Source: an uncultured virus (IMG/VR IMGVR_UViG_3300044296_000314) (Duplodnaviria; Heunggongvirae; Uroviricota; Caudoviricetes). Taken from it: DNA of 64,000 nucleotides. The stretch lies in the IMG/VR virus record IMGVR_UViG_3300044296_000314; one strand, 5' to 3'. The notes below the pieces were generated by a model. That model saw only the letters and a program-made list of their open reading frames with translations. It searched no databases and had not been told where the DNA came from. Within the stretch, counting starts at the first letter, position 1; each line of letters starts with the position of its first letter. This document shows positions 46,603-56,637 of this stretch, piece after piece. The position numbers and the translations under genes are program-made.

Positions 46603-46704
46603 ATGTTCCGACTCCTCATTCTTCTCGCGTTGTTTGGGTCGGCTCTGGCTGATCTACAGCATGTCGCACAAATGTCTACTGCCAAAGACCACACGGAGTT
46701 ATAA
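46603..46704 (+). CDS. 33-aa peptide with signal sequence (MFRLLILLALFGSALA/DLQHVAQMSTAKDHTEL)
   Basis: Own translation; fills the gap, and its stop abuts the GTG at 46705. Confidence 0.45.
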   Translation: MFRLLILLALFGSALADLQHVAQMSTAKDHTEL

Positions 46705-47736
46705 GTGAGCCGTTTACCCACTTTAATTGCTAGTCATGCCGATGATATTGAAGCGGTGGCAGCAAAACTCGAAAAAGACTTGGAGAGCTTGTTGACTCAA
46801 GCTGGAGAATATCTTCGGCAGCAATTATCGGATACTTTGAGGACTACAGTAGCTGGAACAGTCGCAGCTACCTCAGGTAACTTGAAGGTGCTCTCTAACT
46901 TAGACAGCATGGTTTGGAAGTATCTGCAGGAGAACGGATACCCAAAAATCATACAGGAGTACCAGGACAGCTTTAACGGGCAGTATGTTGCTTTTGAGAA
47001 CGTGCTGAAGGCGATCAACGAGGAGCTGTCCTGGCCTCTTCCCACACCTTCCATTGACCCTAAGGGTCTGCAGCTGAAGGCGGCACAGATACAACAAGCA
47101 GCGCTGATCGATAGCGTGGTGGAGCAGTCCCTATCCCGCGCTAAACGCACATCCCTGGAACAAATTGGGGCGGTCAACGCCAAGCAGCTTGCCGAAGCCA
47201 TCCAGTCGCAGTTGCATAAGTCGGTCGCACAGGCTCAGGCGATCGCCGATACGGGTTTGAGCTCCTTTTACAGGGCTATCACTGATAAGGGATATCAGAT
47301 CATCGAAGATGACTTGCCGGAGATGAAGATACGATATGTGTACGAGGGTCCGTTGGACGTTTTGACCCGTCCGTTTTGCACGAAGCTGCAGAGGCAATCC
47401 AATTCCGGCAAGAGCTGGACCAGGCAACAGATCAACGCCATGGATAACGGCCAGTTGCCCAATGTGTGGTTAACTGCAGGTGGGTATCGGTGCCGGCATC
47501 AATGGATCATTGACACTACTGATCTGAAATCACAGCAAGGGGACAAACCTGTGAGACGCCAGAGTTCAAGTGGCAGCAAGCGCCAGCGCAGCTCAGCCAT
47601 AGCGGAAGAAACTCGATCCCGCCGCATCATAAATCAAGATAGAATAAAGCGTACACCGAAGTTAGATTCTAGCCAACAACGAGAGCTAGCACAGCAAAGA
47701 ATCAAGGACAAGAAGGATCAGCGTGGCAAAAAGTGA
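46705..47736 (+). CDS. minor head/morphogenesis protein (SPP1 gp7/Mu F-like)
   Basis: YEGPLD..TRPFC, GGYRCRHQW. Confidence 0.7.
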   Translation: MSRLPTLIASHADDIEAVAAKLEKDLESLLTQAGEYLRQQLSDTLRTTVAGTVAATSGNLKVLSNLDSMVWKYLQENGYPKIIQEYQDSFNGQYVAFENVLKAINEELSWPLPTPSIDPKGLQLKAAQIQQAALIDSVVEQSLSRAKRTSLEQIGAVNAKQLAEAIQSQLHKSVAQAQAIADTGLSSFYRAITDKGYQIIEDDLPEMKIRYVYEGPLDVLTRPFCTKLQRQSNSGKSWTRQQINAMDNGQLPNVWLTAGGYRCRHQWIIDTTDLKSQQGDKPVRRQSSSGSKRQRSSAIAEETRSRRIINQDRIKRTPKLDSSQQRELAQQRIKDKKDQRGKK

Positions 47737-48505
47737 TGTAGTGCTGAATTTTGGGGGTCGTTCGGGCGACGAGGTTGTTGACTTGTTCGCCCAAGCGGAG
47801 AAGCACGCCTTGCCTACGGTTGGTGATCTGTTGTACGCCGGACAGCGTCAGCGCAGCCGGATACTATCGCGCACGTCAAAGGGAACGGATGTGAACGAGA
47901 CGCCTTTTCAGGCATATTCCACCAAAAGTCCAGTGTATTATTACCCTGGCGCACAGTCAAACAATAAGTCGTCCTCTGGGTCAAAGACAAAAGAACAGCA
48001 ATCCGTTAAAGGGCGAGAACGCGCCACTGATCGCATTTCCAAGCTAATTGGCTTGAATGGCAAAAACAGTCGCTCTGTTTCGGTTAAAGGGTCACATGCC
48101 CAATATGTGCAGAAAACCACCAAGGGACTGAAATTCAGTAGTTACGCTGCCTTTAAGGCAGCGTTTGGAAGGTTGACGGTGGACTTGCGCGGCATACAAG
48201 CCCCGCATATGCTCCAAGCCCTAATTGTAACAGTACAGGATTTCGTTGCTGGTCAATTCGAGCCAGCTCCCATGTCGCAGACAGAGCCTGCCAATGAAGT
48301 GAGGATAGGTATCTACGGGGAGGAAGCTCAACGGGCGTCCGGACATCAACGAGGAGCTGGTCATTTGCCCAAACGTGCGTTCTTGGGAGCCAACGACCAG
48401 GACAAGGAAATTATGTGTAACGACATCATGCAACGCATGGCTTTCCGTATCAGGCAGAGCCTTGGTATTTCCGCTACTGTGCGTCAGTCAAAGGATACTT
48501 TGTGA
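47723..48505 (+). CDS. virion morphogenesis/tail completion protein
   Basis: HQRGAGHLPKRAFLG motif. Confidence 0.65.
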   Translation: MAKSDVVLNFGGRSGDEVVDLFAQAEKHALPTVGDLLYAGQRQRSRILSRTSKGTDVNETPFQAYSTKSPVYYYPGAQSNNKSSSGSKTKEQQSVKGRERATDRISKLIGLNGKNSRSVSVKGSHAQYVQKTTKGLKFSSYAAFKAAFGRLTVDLRGIQAPHMLQALIVTVQDFVAGQFEPAPMSQTEPANEVRIGIYGEEAQRASGHQRGAGHLPKRAFLGANDQDKEIMCNDIMQRMAFRIRQSLGISATVRQSKDTL

Positions 48506-49044
48506 AGATATCGTCAGAACCTCTCAGCGCTGTACTAGCCAAGCTTCGCTCAGAAACTCGCGGATTCAACTACAACATGTCCGCGAAAGCCGGGGACTAT
48601 CTTATCGCTCCGTGGTATTTTGATTTCCCAGAAACCATCTACGCCAAGTCGTCGAATAACTTCTTTTTGGGTCAGTTAGAGCCGGGGTTAGTGAACGCGA
48701 ACGGACCCACCAGCCGCAATCGAGCTTGGTTGTACTCTCCCTCTTCCAATAATCTCAACTATGAGAAACCGCGAGACTTCAGCGGGTTGGTGCAGGTGTC
48801 GCTGGACTTCTCGCTGGGTTGGACCGGAGGGTCCAATAATCAAAACACAGAAGTTCCCAGCCTGTTGCTCGAGGACGTGGTTAGTGAGGTGCTGCAACTA
48901 ACTTCTGTGCAGAATTGGGGATCAGGAATAGTGTACAATGGCGCCTATTCCTGTAACAAAGGGGTAGTAACTGAATCGACTTCATCCAAGGGCAGCTTCC
49001 AACAAACGGTACTGTTCCGGTTGACGTTTCAGCGAGACGTTTAA
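48502..49044 (+). CDS. putative tail terminator
   Basis: Size and position before the tail tube gene. Confidence 0.45.
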   Translation: MKISSEPLSAVLAKLRSETRGFNYNMSAKAGDYLIAPWYFDFPETIYAKSSNNFFLGQLEPGLVNANGPTSRNRAWLYSPSSNNLNYEKPRDFSGLVQVSLDFSLGWTGGSNNQNTEVPSLLLEDVVSEVLQLTSVQNWGSGIVYNGAYSCNKGVVTESTSSKGSFQQTVLFRLTFQRDV

Positions 49045-49065
49045 CTTAGGAGTATAATAAAGGCT

Positions 49066-49455
49066 ATGCCGAATGTCTACCGATTTGTGGGTTCTGAATC
49101 CATTGTAGGTTCCCTGAAGCTTGATCGCTTCGGCACAAGAATCTTGATGGAAGACAGCGTGGCTCAAAACGCCCAATTAGGGGGCGCGGCCCTTATCGCT
49201 GAATCCGACTTCTTGCAGATTGGGTTCACCAAGGAAGATGCGCGATGGTTTGATCCGTACATGGATCCCTTTGAGATTCCGCATCTGCCTGAGGATCGCA
49301 TTGCTAAGGCAGCGTTTCAAGAGAAACGCTCGCAGGCACAACAATTATTTTGCGAATTGCGCCAGAGATTGGACGCAGAACGCCATTCCGCAACTGAACC
49401 TGGTGGGACACTCGATTCAGCCGACACCGAAATTAACGCTCACATCGAGGAGTAA
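49066..49455 (+). CDS. hypothetical protein
   Basis: ORF in the tail operon. Confidence 0.55.
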   Translation: MPNVYRFVGSESIVGSLKLDRFGTRILMEDSVAQNAQLGGAALIAESDFLQIGFTKEDARWFDPYMDPFEIPHLPEDRIAKAAFQEKRSQAQQLFCELRQRLDAERHSATEPGGTLDSADTEINAHIEE

Positions 49456-49458
49456 GCT

Positions 49459-50703
49459 ATGTCAAAAATTTTCTCGCGCCAGGAAATGTTTTTCCTCCAA
49501 AAGGAATCATCTTACGGCGTTATTCCCAACACAAGCGGCACTGCTACGGTTGCCGGCGCTGATGCGGCCTTGGCCATTCAGATCAAGTTCAATCGGTCAG
49601 TGACTGATCTCTTTCGGAAAGACAAAACTGGCTCTCGCACCCGTTCCAGTGGTACGGGCGGACGCCGGAATGCTTCTTGGAGCGCGCAAGCGTCCTTGGT
49701 CACCGGGGGCGTGGCGGGTACTGTTCCGGATTTGGATCCCATTTTTGTTTCCGGTTTTGGAGGGGTCGCAACGGTCACCTCCGGCACGGTTTCGGTCACC
49801 GGGGCCACCAACGCCACGCCGATCGTGATCACGGCGGCAGCTCATGGCTTGAGCTCCTACGACGTGGTGTCCATCACGGGAGTTCTGGGCAACACGGAAG
49901 CCAACGGCATTTATGCCGTCAATGTTTTGACCTCCAGTACCTTTGAACTGATTGGCAGTGCGGGCAACGCAGCCTACACTTCGGGCGGCTCTGTGTCGAA
50001 GTCCGGTCTGTACTACAAGCCCACTGACGCTGAGCCCAGCTTCTGCACGTACAGTGCCCGCATCCCCTACGCGACGGCCAGCCAGCGCGTTTGCTTCGGC
50101 CAGGTGACCAAGGAAATGACCTTTACCCTGGGTCAGGACATTGCCACGTTTCAGGCCAGCGGCGGGGCCAAGTGGGTGCTGGATAACTTGAAATTCTCCA
50201 GCGCCACCTCCACGGAAAAAGGTGGACTGACGGCGTTTCCCGATTTGTCCCTCATCACCGGGTCTTCGGTTACTGGTGGGTCTGGCATTGCCGGTTTCAA
50301 GGGGCGTGCCGTCATCAACGGCTCCACGATGGTGCGAATTCGCAGCGCCAGCATCAAGTATGGCAGCGCGTTGGACCTCCCGCAGGATGTCTTTGGATCC
50401 GATTATGTGGACACGCCTGAGGCGGACGAACGGGCGGTGTCGGTCGACTTCAACATGTATGAAGACGACAGCGCCGCGCAAGCCACCCTGGAGCAGGCAG
50501 CGGTCGACAAGACCAGCATCGACATGATCTTCCAGTTGGGCACGTCGCCGAACAACACGGTGGTGTTTGTTTTGCGCGGCGTGCAACTGGCTTCCCCTGA
50601 ACGTGATGACTCCCAGAGAGCATTCACGATGAACTACAGCAACTCTCAAGCCTACGGCAGCTCCATCACTGGATACAACGAGTGCCGTATGTGGATGATG
50701 TAG
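49459..50703 (+). CDS. major tail tube protein with inserted beta-domain
   Basis: FFLQKESSYG N-terminus, strong codon bias, upstream of the chaperone and TMP genes. Confidence 0.75.
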   Translation: MSKIFSRQEMFFLQKESSYGVIPNTSGTATVAGADAALAIQIKFNRSVTDLFRKDKTGSRTRSSGTGGRRNASWSAQASLVTGGVAGTVPDLDPIFVSGFGGVATVTSGTVSVTGATNATPIVITAAAHGLSSYDVVSITGVLGNTEANGIYAVNVLTSSTFELIGSAGNAAYTSGGSVSKSGLYYKPTDAEPSFCTYSARIPYATASQRVCFGQVTKEMTFTLGQDIATFQASGGAKWVLDNLKFSSATSTEKGGLTAFPDLSLITGSSVTGGSGIAGFKGRAVINGSTMVRIRSASIKYGSALDLPQDVFGSDYVDTPEADERAVSVDFNMYEDDSAAQATLEQAAVDKTSIDMIFQLGTSPNNTVVFVLRGVQLASPERDDSQRAFTMNYSNSQAYGSSITGYNECRMWMM

Positions 50704-50843
50704 TTTTGGTTTCTTGCGGGTTGGTTGGTGGTACTCCAGCTGGCAAGTAGCGAGGGAACCAGACGATCGCTCGTCTGGTTCCGCGCTATAATAGAAATCG
50801 CTAGTTGTGTGTATTTAGCAATCAAAGTCACAAGGAAAACCAC

Positions 50844-51530
50844 ATGTCGAGTAGTTACCCCAACACCGTTGAAGTATGCAGCAAGCTTCCTGAGTTTGCT
50901 GGAGTTTCGTTCGTTTTGAATCGCGTCAGTTACGGGTTGCGCACGCGCTTGCGTCGTGATCTGGTGCCGGCGCTGCAACGAATTCGTCATTTGAATGAGT
51001 TGATGCAGCTGGAGGTGTCCAAGTATGGATTGGACTCGACTCTGGAAACGAACGACACCCCAGAAACCAACGGTATGGTGCTGCTGGAGGACGAGGCTGT
51101 ACCTACCCTGGGTGAGGCGTCGTCGATTGCGCCTGGGACAGTTACCAAGAAGTTTACGCCAGAGCAGGAAGCAGCGGTGGACCGCATTACTGACCTGGGT
51201 CAGCAGATTGACCTGGCCACGGATGAATTGTCGGTGCCTGTGTACTTGAAGCATGGCCTGGTGTCTGTGAACGGATTGCTGGATGCGACGGGTCAGCCCT
51301 ACACGGCGACTTCCCTGTACCAGACTGGGCCGGAAGACCTGTGTCGAGAGATCTTGGAAGAATTCATGGGCATGGTCAACCCCACCCGTAAAACGCAAGC
51401 AAATTTAGAATCGCCTATCACTTCTGGCGCAGTGGCGGATGGGCAAATGATTCATACGATTGCGCCAAATGTCAACGGCAACAAGCCTACCGAGAGCGGA
51501 ATTGCACCAAGTATTTCCCAGAACGAGTAA
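50844..51530 (+). CDS. tail assembly chaperone (G-like)
   Basis: AAGGA RBS before MSSSYPN; between tube and TMP; slippery site at 51401. Confidence 0.75.
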   Translation: MSSSYPNTVEVCSKLPEFAGVSFVLNRVSYGLRTRLRRDLVPALQRIRHLNELMQLEVSKYGLDSTLETNDTPETNGMVLLEDEAVPTLGEASSIAPGTVTKKFTPEQEAAVDRITDLGQQIDLATDELSVPVYLKHGLVSVNGLLDATGQPYTATSLYQTGPEDLCREILEEFMGMVNPTRKTQANLESPITSGAVADGQMIHTIAPNVNGNKPTESGIAPSISQNE

Positions 51531-51808
51531 ATCCAAAATTGCCGCATTGGTGGTATCCAACCTACACCTCTGGCAAAGGCAAAGTGGTCACCATTAACCA
51601 AGTTAGCAGCGCGGAATGTCCGGTGAGTCTGAGCAATGTTGAATCCACACAGTTACTTTCGGATTGGTCTGAATCCCAACGGATGGAGGGTTGCTACATG
51701 TTTGGACCAGACCTGAGTCAGTGGCCTGTGGACATCTTTGATGCTTTTGTCATATTTGCTACCGAAGAGAAATCTGTGGAATTTGCCAAATACGAGGCGG
51801 ACAAGTAA
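51401..51808 (+). CDS. -1 frameshift extension of the tail chaperone (GT-like)
   Basis: A AAT TTA heptamer at 51401-51407; -1 frame open to 51808. Confidence 0.75.
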   Translation, partial: KFRIAYHFWRSGGWANDSYDCAKCQRQQAYRERNCTKYFPERVNPKLPHWWYPTYTSGKGKVVTINQVSSAECPVSLSNVESTQLLSDWSESQRMEGCYMFGPDLSQWPVDIFDAFVIFATEEKSVEFAKYEADK

Positions 51809-54800
51809 ATGAGCGACAGCGTTGAGTTAGTAATCAAGATCCGAACTGAGGGACAAGCTGCTCTCAGCGCGATTCGCCAATCCATGGATGGTCTCAACAA
51901 AGACACCACGGGAGCAGCTACCGCCACCAATAAGTTAGACAACTCTCAGGTTAAACTCACAGTCACCCTTAAACAAGCAACTAATGCTGCTGAGAGCGCT
52001 GCTCAAGCCACTGAGAAGCACTCCAGCAGCATGTCTCTGGCCGTTTTGACAGGTAACCTGCTCTCTGAGGCTCTCAATCGAGTTGCGGGGGCGGCCAAGT
52101 CGGCCACGGTCGACGCGGCGCTGTACGCTGCCCGCACGGAACAATTGAACACGGTAATGGACCAGATGTCTCGGTCCAGTAACTTGAACGTACAGTCCGT
52201 GCGCGCTCAAGCTGAGGCAGTGAGAAGCTTGGGGATCACTACCCAAGAATCTCGTAACACCATTATCCAAATGATTCAGGGTCAGTTAGACCTGAGCAAG
52301 GCCACGGATTTAGCCCGGTTGGCCCAGAACGCTGCCAAGATTGCGGGCATCAGCAGCTCAGAAGCTTTGGGTGGCATCATTAACGGCATTAAAACGCAAC
52401 AGGTCGAAGTGTTGCGTACCTACGGCATCCAAGTCAGCTTTGAACAGGCGCTGGCCAGGGGCGCAGCGCGGTTAAACAAGACCAGAGAGACTCTGACCGA
52501 TTACGAACGATCCAACATTGCTCTTAATGAGGTGTTGAGCAAGGGTCCGAGCATCATGGGAGCGTATGAGGTTAGTTTGACCACTGCCGCAGGTCAAATG
52601 CAATCTCTGTCCCGTTTGGCGGATGAAGCCAAGAACGCTTTGGGCGAGAGATTTGCTCCAGCTCTCCAGCGCACTGTTGAGTTACTGACCAGCATGGCGG
52701 AGGGCGTTAGAAACAACGCCGAAACTGTTGGGGATCTAACTGTAGCTATTACAGCAGCGGGTGCGGCAGCTGCGGCAGCACGCTACGTTCCGGGGCCTCC
52801 CCTGGTGAAGGCTGGCGCAGCGATTACGGCTGCCACTGTGGTGACGTTGTTTGGCAATACTGATCCCGAAGCCGCAGCACTTGATTCCGCCAAGGCGGCC
52901 ATCGCCAAGCTAGAAGACCAGAAGAAGGAGCTGGCTCTCAAAGCAAGCAAAGGCATCATCACAGACCGCGAGAAGTATGTAGCCGAAATCGAACGTTTGT
53001 CCAAACTCGAATTGGTCATACAGGAGCAACTGGCGGATAAGCTGGCGGTGGTGTATAAAGCCAGACAGGCCAAGCAGGACGCATTTCTGAAGAACCCGCC
53101 AGCTGAGGCTTTGGGTTTGCTGCCTCAGTCTTCCCCTGTCCAGATCCCTGACTTTAATCTGGGCGGCGGTCGCGTACTCAAAGGGGAAGAGGTTCGATCT
53201 GCCTTTAATCGCAGTATCACGACAGATCCGGACGGCTTGAAGTTCACTCCCAATCCCAATGCTAATGTAGAGGCTCAGTTTGCGGCGTTTATGGCCAAAA
53301 TCAAGGAGGCGCAGCAGTCCGCTACCGCCGCCCTGGAACGCGCCAAGGCCAGTGAGCTGAGTGGGGAAGCGCGCATCCTGTCTGAGCGTTCGGCTGCCTT
53401 GCAGAGAGTTGCTGCTACTTTTCAGCCATTTGACGCGGCATTGCGGAATGGGGCTGAGTACAAGAAGCTGCTTGGTACCATTAACGCAGAATACGCAGAG
53501 CTTCTGAAGAAAGAAGACCGTAACCAAAAGGTCGAGGTATTGAAGCAAAATATCAGGGAATCTGATGTAAAGTCCCAGATTGTGGCGGATTCTGCGCGCC
53601 AATCGCTTCAAATTTCTCAGAGAATTGCTGCCGCTAAACGGGATCCAGGGAATGAGGAAGCGAACATCCTGCAGCTGTATCGTGACCGGATAGCTCTGGC
53701 CAATCAAGAGAAGTCAATCGCGGATGCTCGCAACCGGGCGGACTATGCGGCAGCTGAAGCCATTTTTGCCATCGATAAAAATGACAAGGCCTTCAATGAG
53801 GCTGGGTTAAACCTGCGTTTGAATCAATTGAAGACTGAAGCTCAGTTGGTCAAGGAGAAGAATGAAGCTGACGCTGAGAAGCAGATTTCTATCCTCAAGT
53901 TACGCCAAGAGCAGCGCAAAGAAGTTGAGCGTATGTATGAGAACGCGCTCAGGCTCGTGGAAAGTGAACGGCAAATTGGACAAAGTCGTTTCAGGGATGC
54001 TGCTGAACGGGACAACCGACTGGTGCAGGCGAGAACGCTGCCGGGGGATGAGAGGTTCGCCCAGGAATATGCCTACCGCACCAAGGTGCGTGTTGCGCAA
54101 GAAGAGTTCCTGGTTACCAAACAAACTTTGGAAGAGCAGCGCAAAGCTTCGATTGACGCCTACATCCGCACCAAGGACAAGGTGGAATTGGAGCGGCGCC
54201 AGACAGAATATCGCATCAAAAGTGAGGAAAATGCGTATAAGCTGGAAAAAGAGCTGCTGGATGCGCGGTATGAGCGGGAAATTGAAATTGCCAACATCCG
54301 CAAAAAGCAGAACGAGGAGCTGCGGGCCTCCCTGGGATCGCTGTATGATGCTCTCAAGGCTTCTGGCAAGACTGGCCTTCAAGACTTCTTCCGTGGTTAC
54401 GTGGAGCAGATCAAAAAGACCATATTTGTCAACTTGGGCGAAGAGCTGTTCCGTGGCTCTGTGCAGAAGCTGGGAGGTATCATCCCTGGACAGGAAAAAA
54501 TTGACCCCATCACTGGCAAAGGCACCGGGGAATTGACTACGCTGGGGAGAATTCTGCGCGGCACTCCCCTGGGAGTGGATCCTGCAAAATTGGCTCTGGA
54601 CAAATCTGTCAACGCTCAAAATCGAAACACCAAGGCGATTGAGGATTTGACGTCCGTTCTGCAAGGTGGGAGAGCAGGCGTGCCCGGCAGCGCCGGGGGA
54701 ACTCCACCGTTCATTGGTGGCGGGAGCGCCTCTTCCGGTGGTTTCCTGGGAGGCATATTGGGTTCCTTGGGTTTGGGTGGTGCCCGGAGTCCTGGTTTGG

Positions 54801-55444
54801 TTATCAGCAACTTTGCAGCTGGGCAAACCGCACAGAGTATTTCTGCTGGTGGCATCGACTTCCGACCGGATCAGGGTTTGGGTGGGTTTTTGACCAAGGT
54901 GACCGACTTTGTGCGTCCTAAAATCAACCCGGACACAGGTAAGCCTGGGTTCAGTGCCGGGGCCACCGCGCTGGCTGCAGCGGCTGCGATTCCGGCCATC
55001 GCAGGCGGCATTGAAGAGGGCGGGGCGAAGGGGGCGCTTGGAGCGGTCTCCGGGGCGTTGGGAGTGGCTGCGTCCATACCAGGTCCGCAACAACCGTTCC
55101 TGATCGCGGGGGCGCTCCTCACGGGATTCATCGGTAGTTTCCTCAAGAGCAAGGCGCAAAAGAAAGAAGAGGCTTTGGCAGCGGCTCTGAATCGCAAATT
55201 TGAATTGCCAGGAGCCATTGACGTTACTAGGGATTTGACCGGCAATGCGGTAGACTATAACTCTCGGGGCGAGTTACGAACGTATGAGCGTAATGGCGGC
55301 ACCGTTGTTAACGTCAACATCAGCGCTATGGATTCTAAGTCATTCTTCGATCGGGGGCCGGAGCTTTCGGATAGTGTGATGAATATGTTACAACTCAACC
55401 ATCCTCTGCGTAGTCAAATACAAGAGATAGCGGGCACTACTTAA
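51809..55444 (+). CDS. tape measure protein
   Basis: 1211 aa, Ala-rich helical, Gly-rich hydrophobic C-region, VVNVNISAMDSKSF. Confidence 0.9.
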   Translation: MSDSVELVIKIRTEGQAALSAIRQSMDGLNKDTTGAATATNKLDNSQVKLTVTLKQATNAAESAAQATEKHSSSMSLAVLTGNLLSEALNRVAGAAKSATVDAALYAARTEQLNTVMDQMSRSSNLNVQSVRAQAEAVRSLGITTQESRNTIIQMIQGQLDLSKATDLARLAQNAAKIAGISSSEALGGIINGIKTQQVEVLRTYGIQVSFEQALARGAARLNKTRETLTDYERSNIALNEVLSKGPSIMGAYEVSLTTAAGQMQSLSRLADEAKNALGERFAPALQRTVELLTSMAEGVRNNAETVGDLTVAITAAGAAAAAARYVPGPPLVKAGAAITAATVVTLFGNTDPEAAALDSAKAAIAKLEDQKKELALKASKGIITDREKYVAEIERLSKLELVIQEQLADKLAVVYKARQAKQDAFLKNPPAEALGLLPQSSPVQIPDFNLGGGRVLKGEEVRSAFNRSITTDPDGLKFTPNPNANVEAQFAAFMAKIKEAQQSATAALERAKASELSGEARILSERSAALQRVAATFQPFDAALRNGAEYKKLLGTINAEYAELLKKEDRNQKVEVLKQNIRESDVKSQIVADSARQSLQISQRIAAAKRDPGNEEANILQLYRDRIALANQEKSIADARNRADYAAAEAIFAIDKNDKAFNEAGLNLRLNQLKTEAQLVKEKNEADAEKQISILKLRQEQRKEVERMYENALRLVESERQIGQSRFRDAAERDNRLVQARTLPGDERFAQEYAYRTKVRVAQEEFLVTKQTLEEQRKASIDAYIRTKDKVELERRQTEYRIKSEENAYKLEKELLDARYEREIEIANIRKKQNEELRASLGSLYDALKASGKTGLQDFFRGYVEQIKKTIFVNLGEELFRGSVQKLGGIIPGQEKIDPITGKGTGELTTLGRILRGTPLGVDPAKLALDKSVNAQNRNTKAIEDLTSVLQGGRAGVPGSAGGTPPFIGGGSASSGGFLGGILGSLGLGGARSPGLVISNFAAGQTAQSISAGGIDFRPDQGLGGFLTKVTDFVRPKINPDTGKPGFSAGATALAAAAAIPAIAGGIEEGGAKGALGAVSGALGVAASIPGPQQPFLIAGALLTGFIGSFLKSKAQKKEEALAAALNRKFELPGAIDVTRDLTGNAVDYNSRGELRTYERNGGTVVNVNISAMDSKSFFDRGPELSDSVMNMLQLNHPLRSQIQEIAGTT

Positions 55445-56637
55445 TGGCCGGATCATTTCCTACTCTGAAATCAGGCAACACGGTGTTCTATCCGTTGGCA
55501 GATACCATGTCGTTTGGAACCCAAGTACATAAGTTCTTGGATGACTCAGAGCAACGGCACCGCGACCGATTAGTGCTGCGCCGGTTCCAGTTAACTTGCA
55601 ATAACATCAGCGCATACGATGTGAGCTTGATTCGTTCGTTCTTTCGTTCCCAATTTGGTGGATACGACTCTACCTGGGATCTAACCTTTGGCGGCGTTAC
55701 TTACAGTAACATGGCGTTTGCTCAGGACAACTTCCCTTCTGTGGAGTCTAAGCATAATCGCATGACGCTGTCTTTTCAGTTAGTACAAACAAAGTCGTCT
55801 AATCCAACGATACCCACCACTCCTACCTATTTCCCGCAGCTGTTGTCGGGCGGCGTGTCTACCGCGATGCCATACGAGTCGATGCTGGAGTATCGAACCA
55901 TCACCGATGAGTTGGAAAATGGCAAGCGCTATGCGTATAAGTGGAGGGACAACCCTCTTGGCAAGTTCAAGGTCAATCTCTCGTTGCTGACCGACACTGA
56001 GGCAGCTAACGTTCGGAGTTTTCTGTTGAGCGTGGAGGGAAGGCTACAATCCTTCATTTTTCTGGATCCCGGCGGAAACTTGGTTGGGTACTCCGATTTA
56101 TTGTCCGACTCCAGTTGGACCAAGACTTCAGTAACAGTTGGATCGGCGGTAGCAGACCCGTTTGGAGGTTCCCTGGCAACCAGCTGTCTGGCCACCAGCG
56201 GGGACAGTAAAATGGTCGCCTCTGTGCTTCCTGCCGGAAACGCCAGCGGGTTTGTGCTGTGCGCTTCGGCTTGGGTCAGAGCCACCGGAAGCGGGCAAAC
56301 GCTGCGGATAGGGTTTCAGGACTCCACCGCTACTCTTTTGGGCAGCACCACCTGGACTCTTCCGCAAAATCAGTGGATACGCATATTCCACAGCATCACA
56401 TTGGGGACAAATAATCCGGTAAGCATCATCATCGGGGGAGGATCCACGTGGAATAGTAGCACCATTCAATTCTTCAGTTTACAATGCGTGCCATTACCTG
56501 GGCCTGGGCCGCGCTTGTTGACTCCGGGGGCGGACGCTTTACGACCCAAGTGTCGTTTGGGATCAGACGACAGCACCATCAACTACCTGGGCGTTAACCA
56601 ACAATCGACAACAATACTGATTGAGGAATTTTCCTGA
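55444..56637 (+). CDS. distal tail protein with carbohydrate-binding-like insertion
   Basis: Follows TMP; duplicated Dit-like halves; NLVGYSD..W..ASAWVR..QWIRI CBM-like segment. Confidence 0.65.
   Translation: MAGSFPTLKSGNTVFYPLADTMSFGTQVHKFLDDSEQRHRDRLVLRRFQLTCNNISAYDVSLIRSFFRSQFGGYDSTWDLTFGGVTYSNMAFAQDNFPSVESKHNRMTLSFQLVQTKSSNPTIPTTPTYFPQLLSGGVSTAMPYESMLEYRTITDELENGKRYAYKWRDNPLGKFKVNLSLLTDTEAANVRSFLLSVEGRLQSFIFLDPGGNLVGYSDLLSDSSWTKTSVTVGSAVADPFGGSLATSCLATSGDSKMVASVLPAGNASGFVLCASAWVRATGSGQTLRIGFQDSTATLLGSTTWTLPQNQWIRIFHSITLGTNNPVSIIIGGGSTWNSSTIQFFSLQCVPLPGPGPRLLTPGADALRPKCRLGSDDSTINYLGVNQQSTTILIEEFS

Noticed and set aside
46603..46704. Arbitrium (AimP-like) system
   Set aside because: No AimR-like TPR receptor and no lysogeny module seen; kept only as an unexplained peptide
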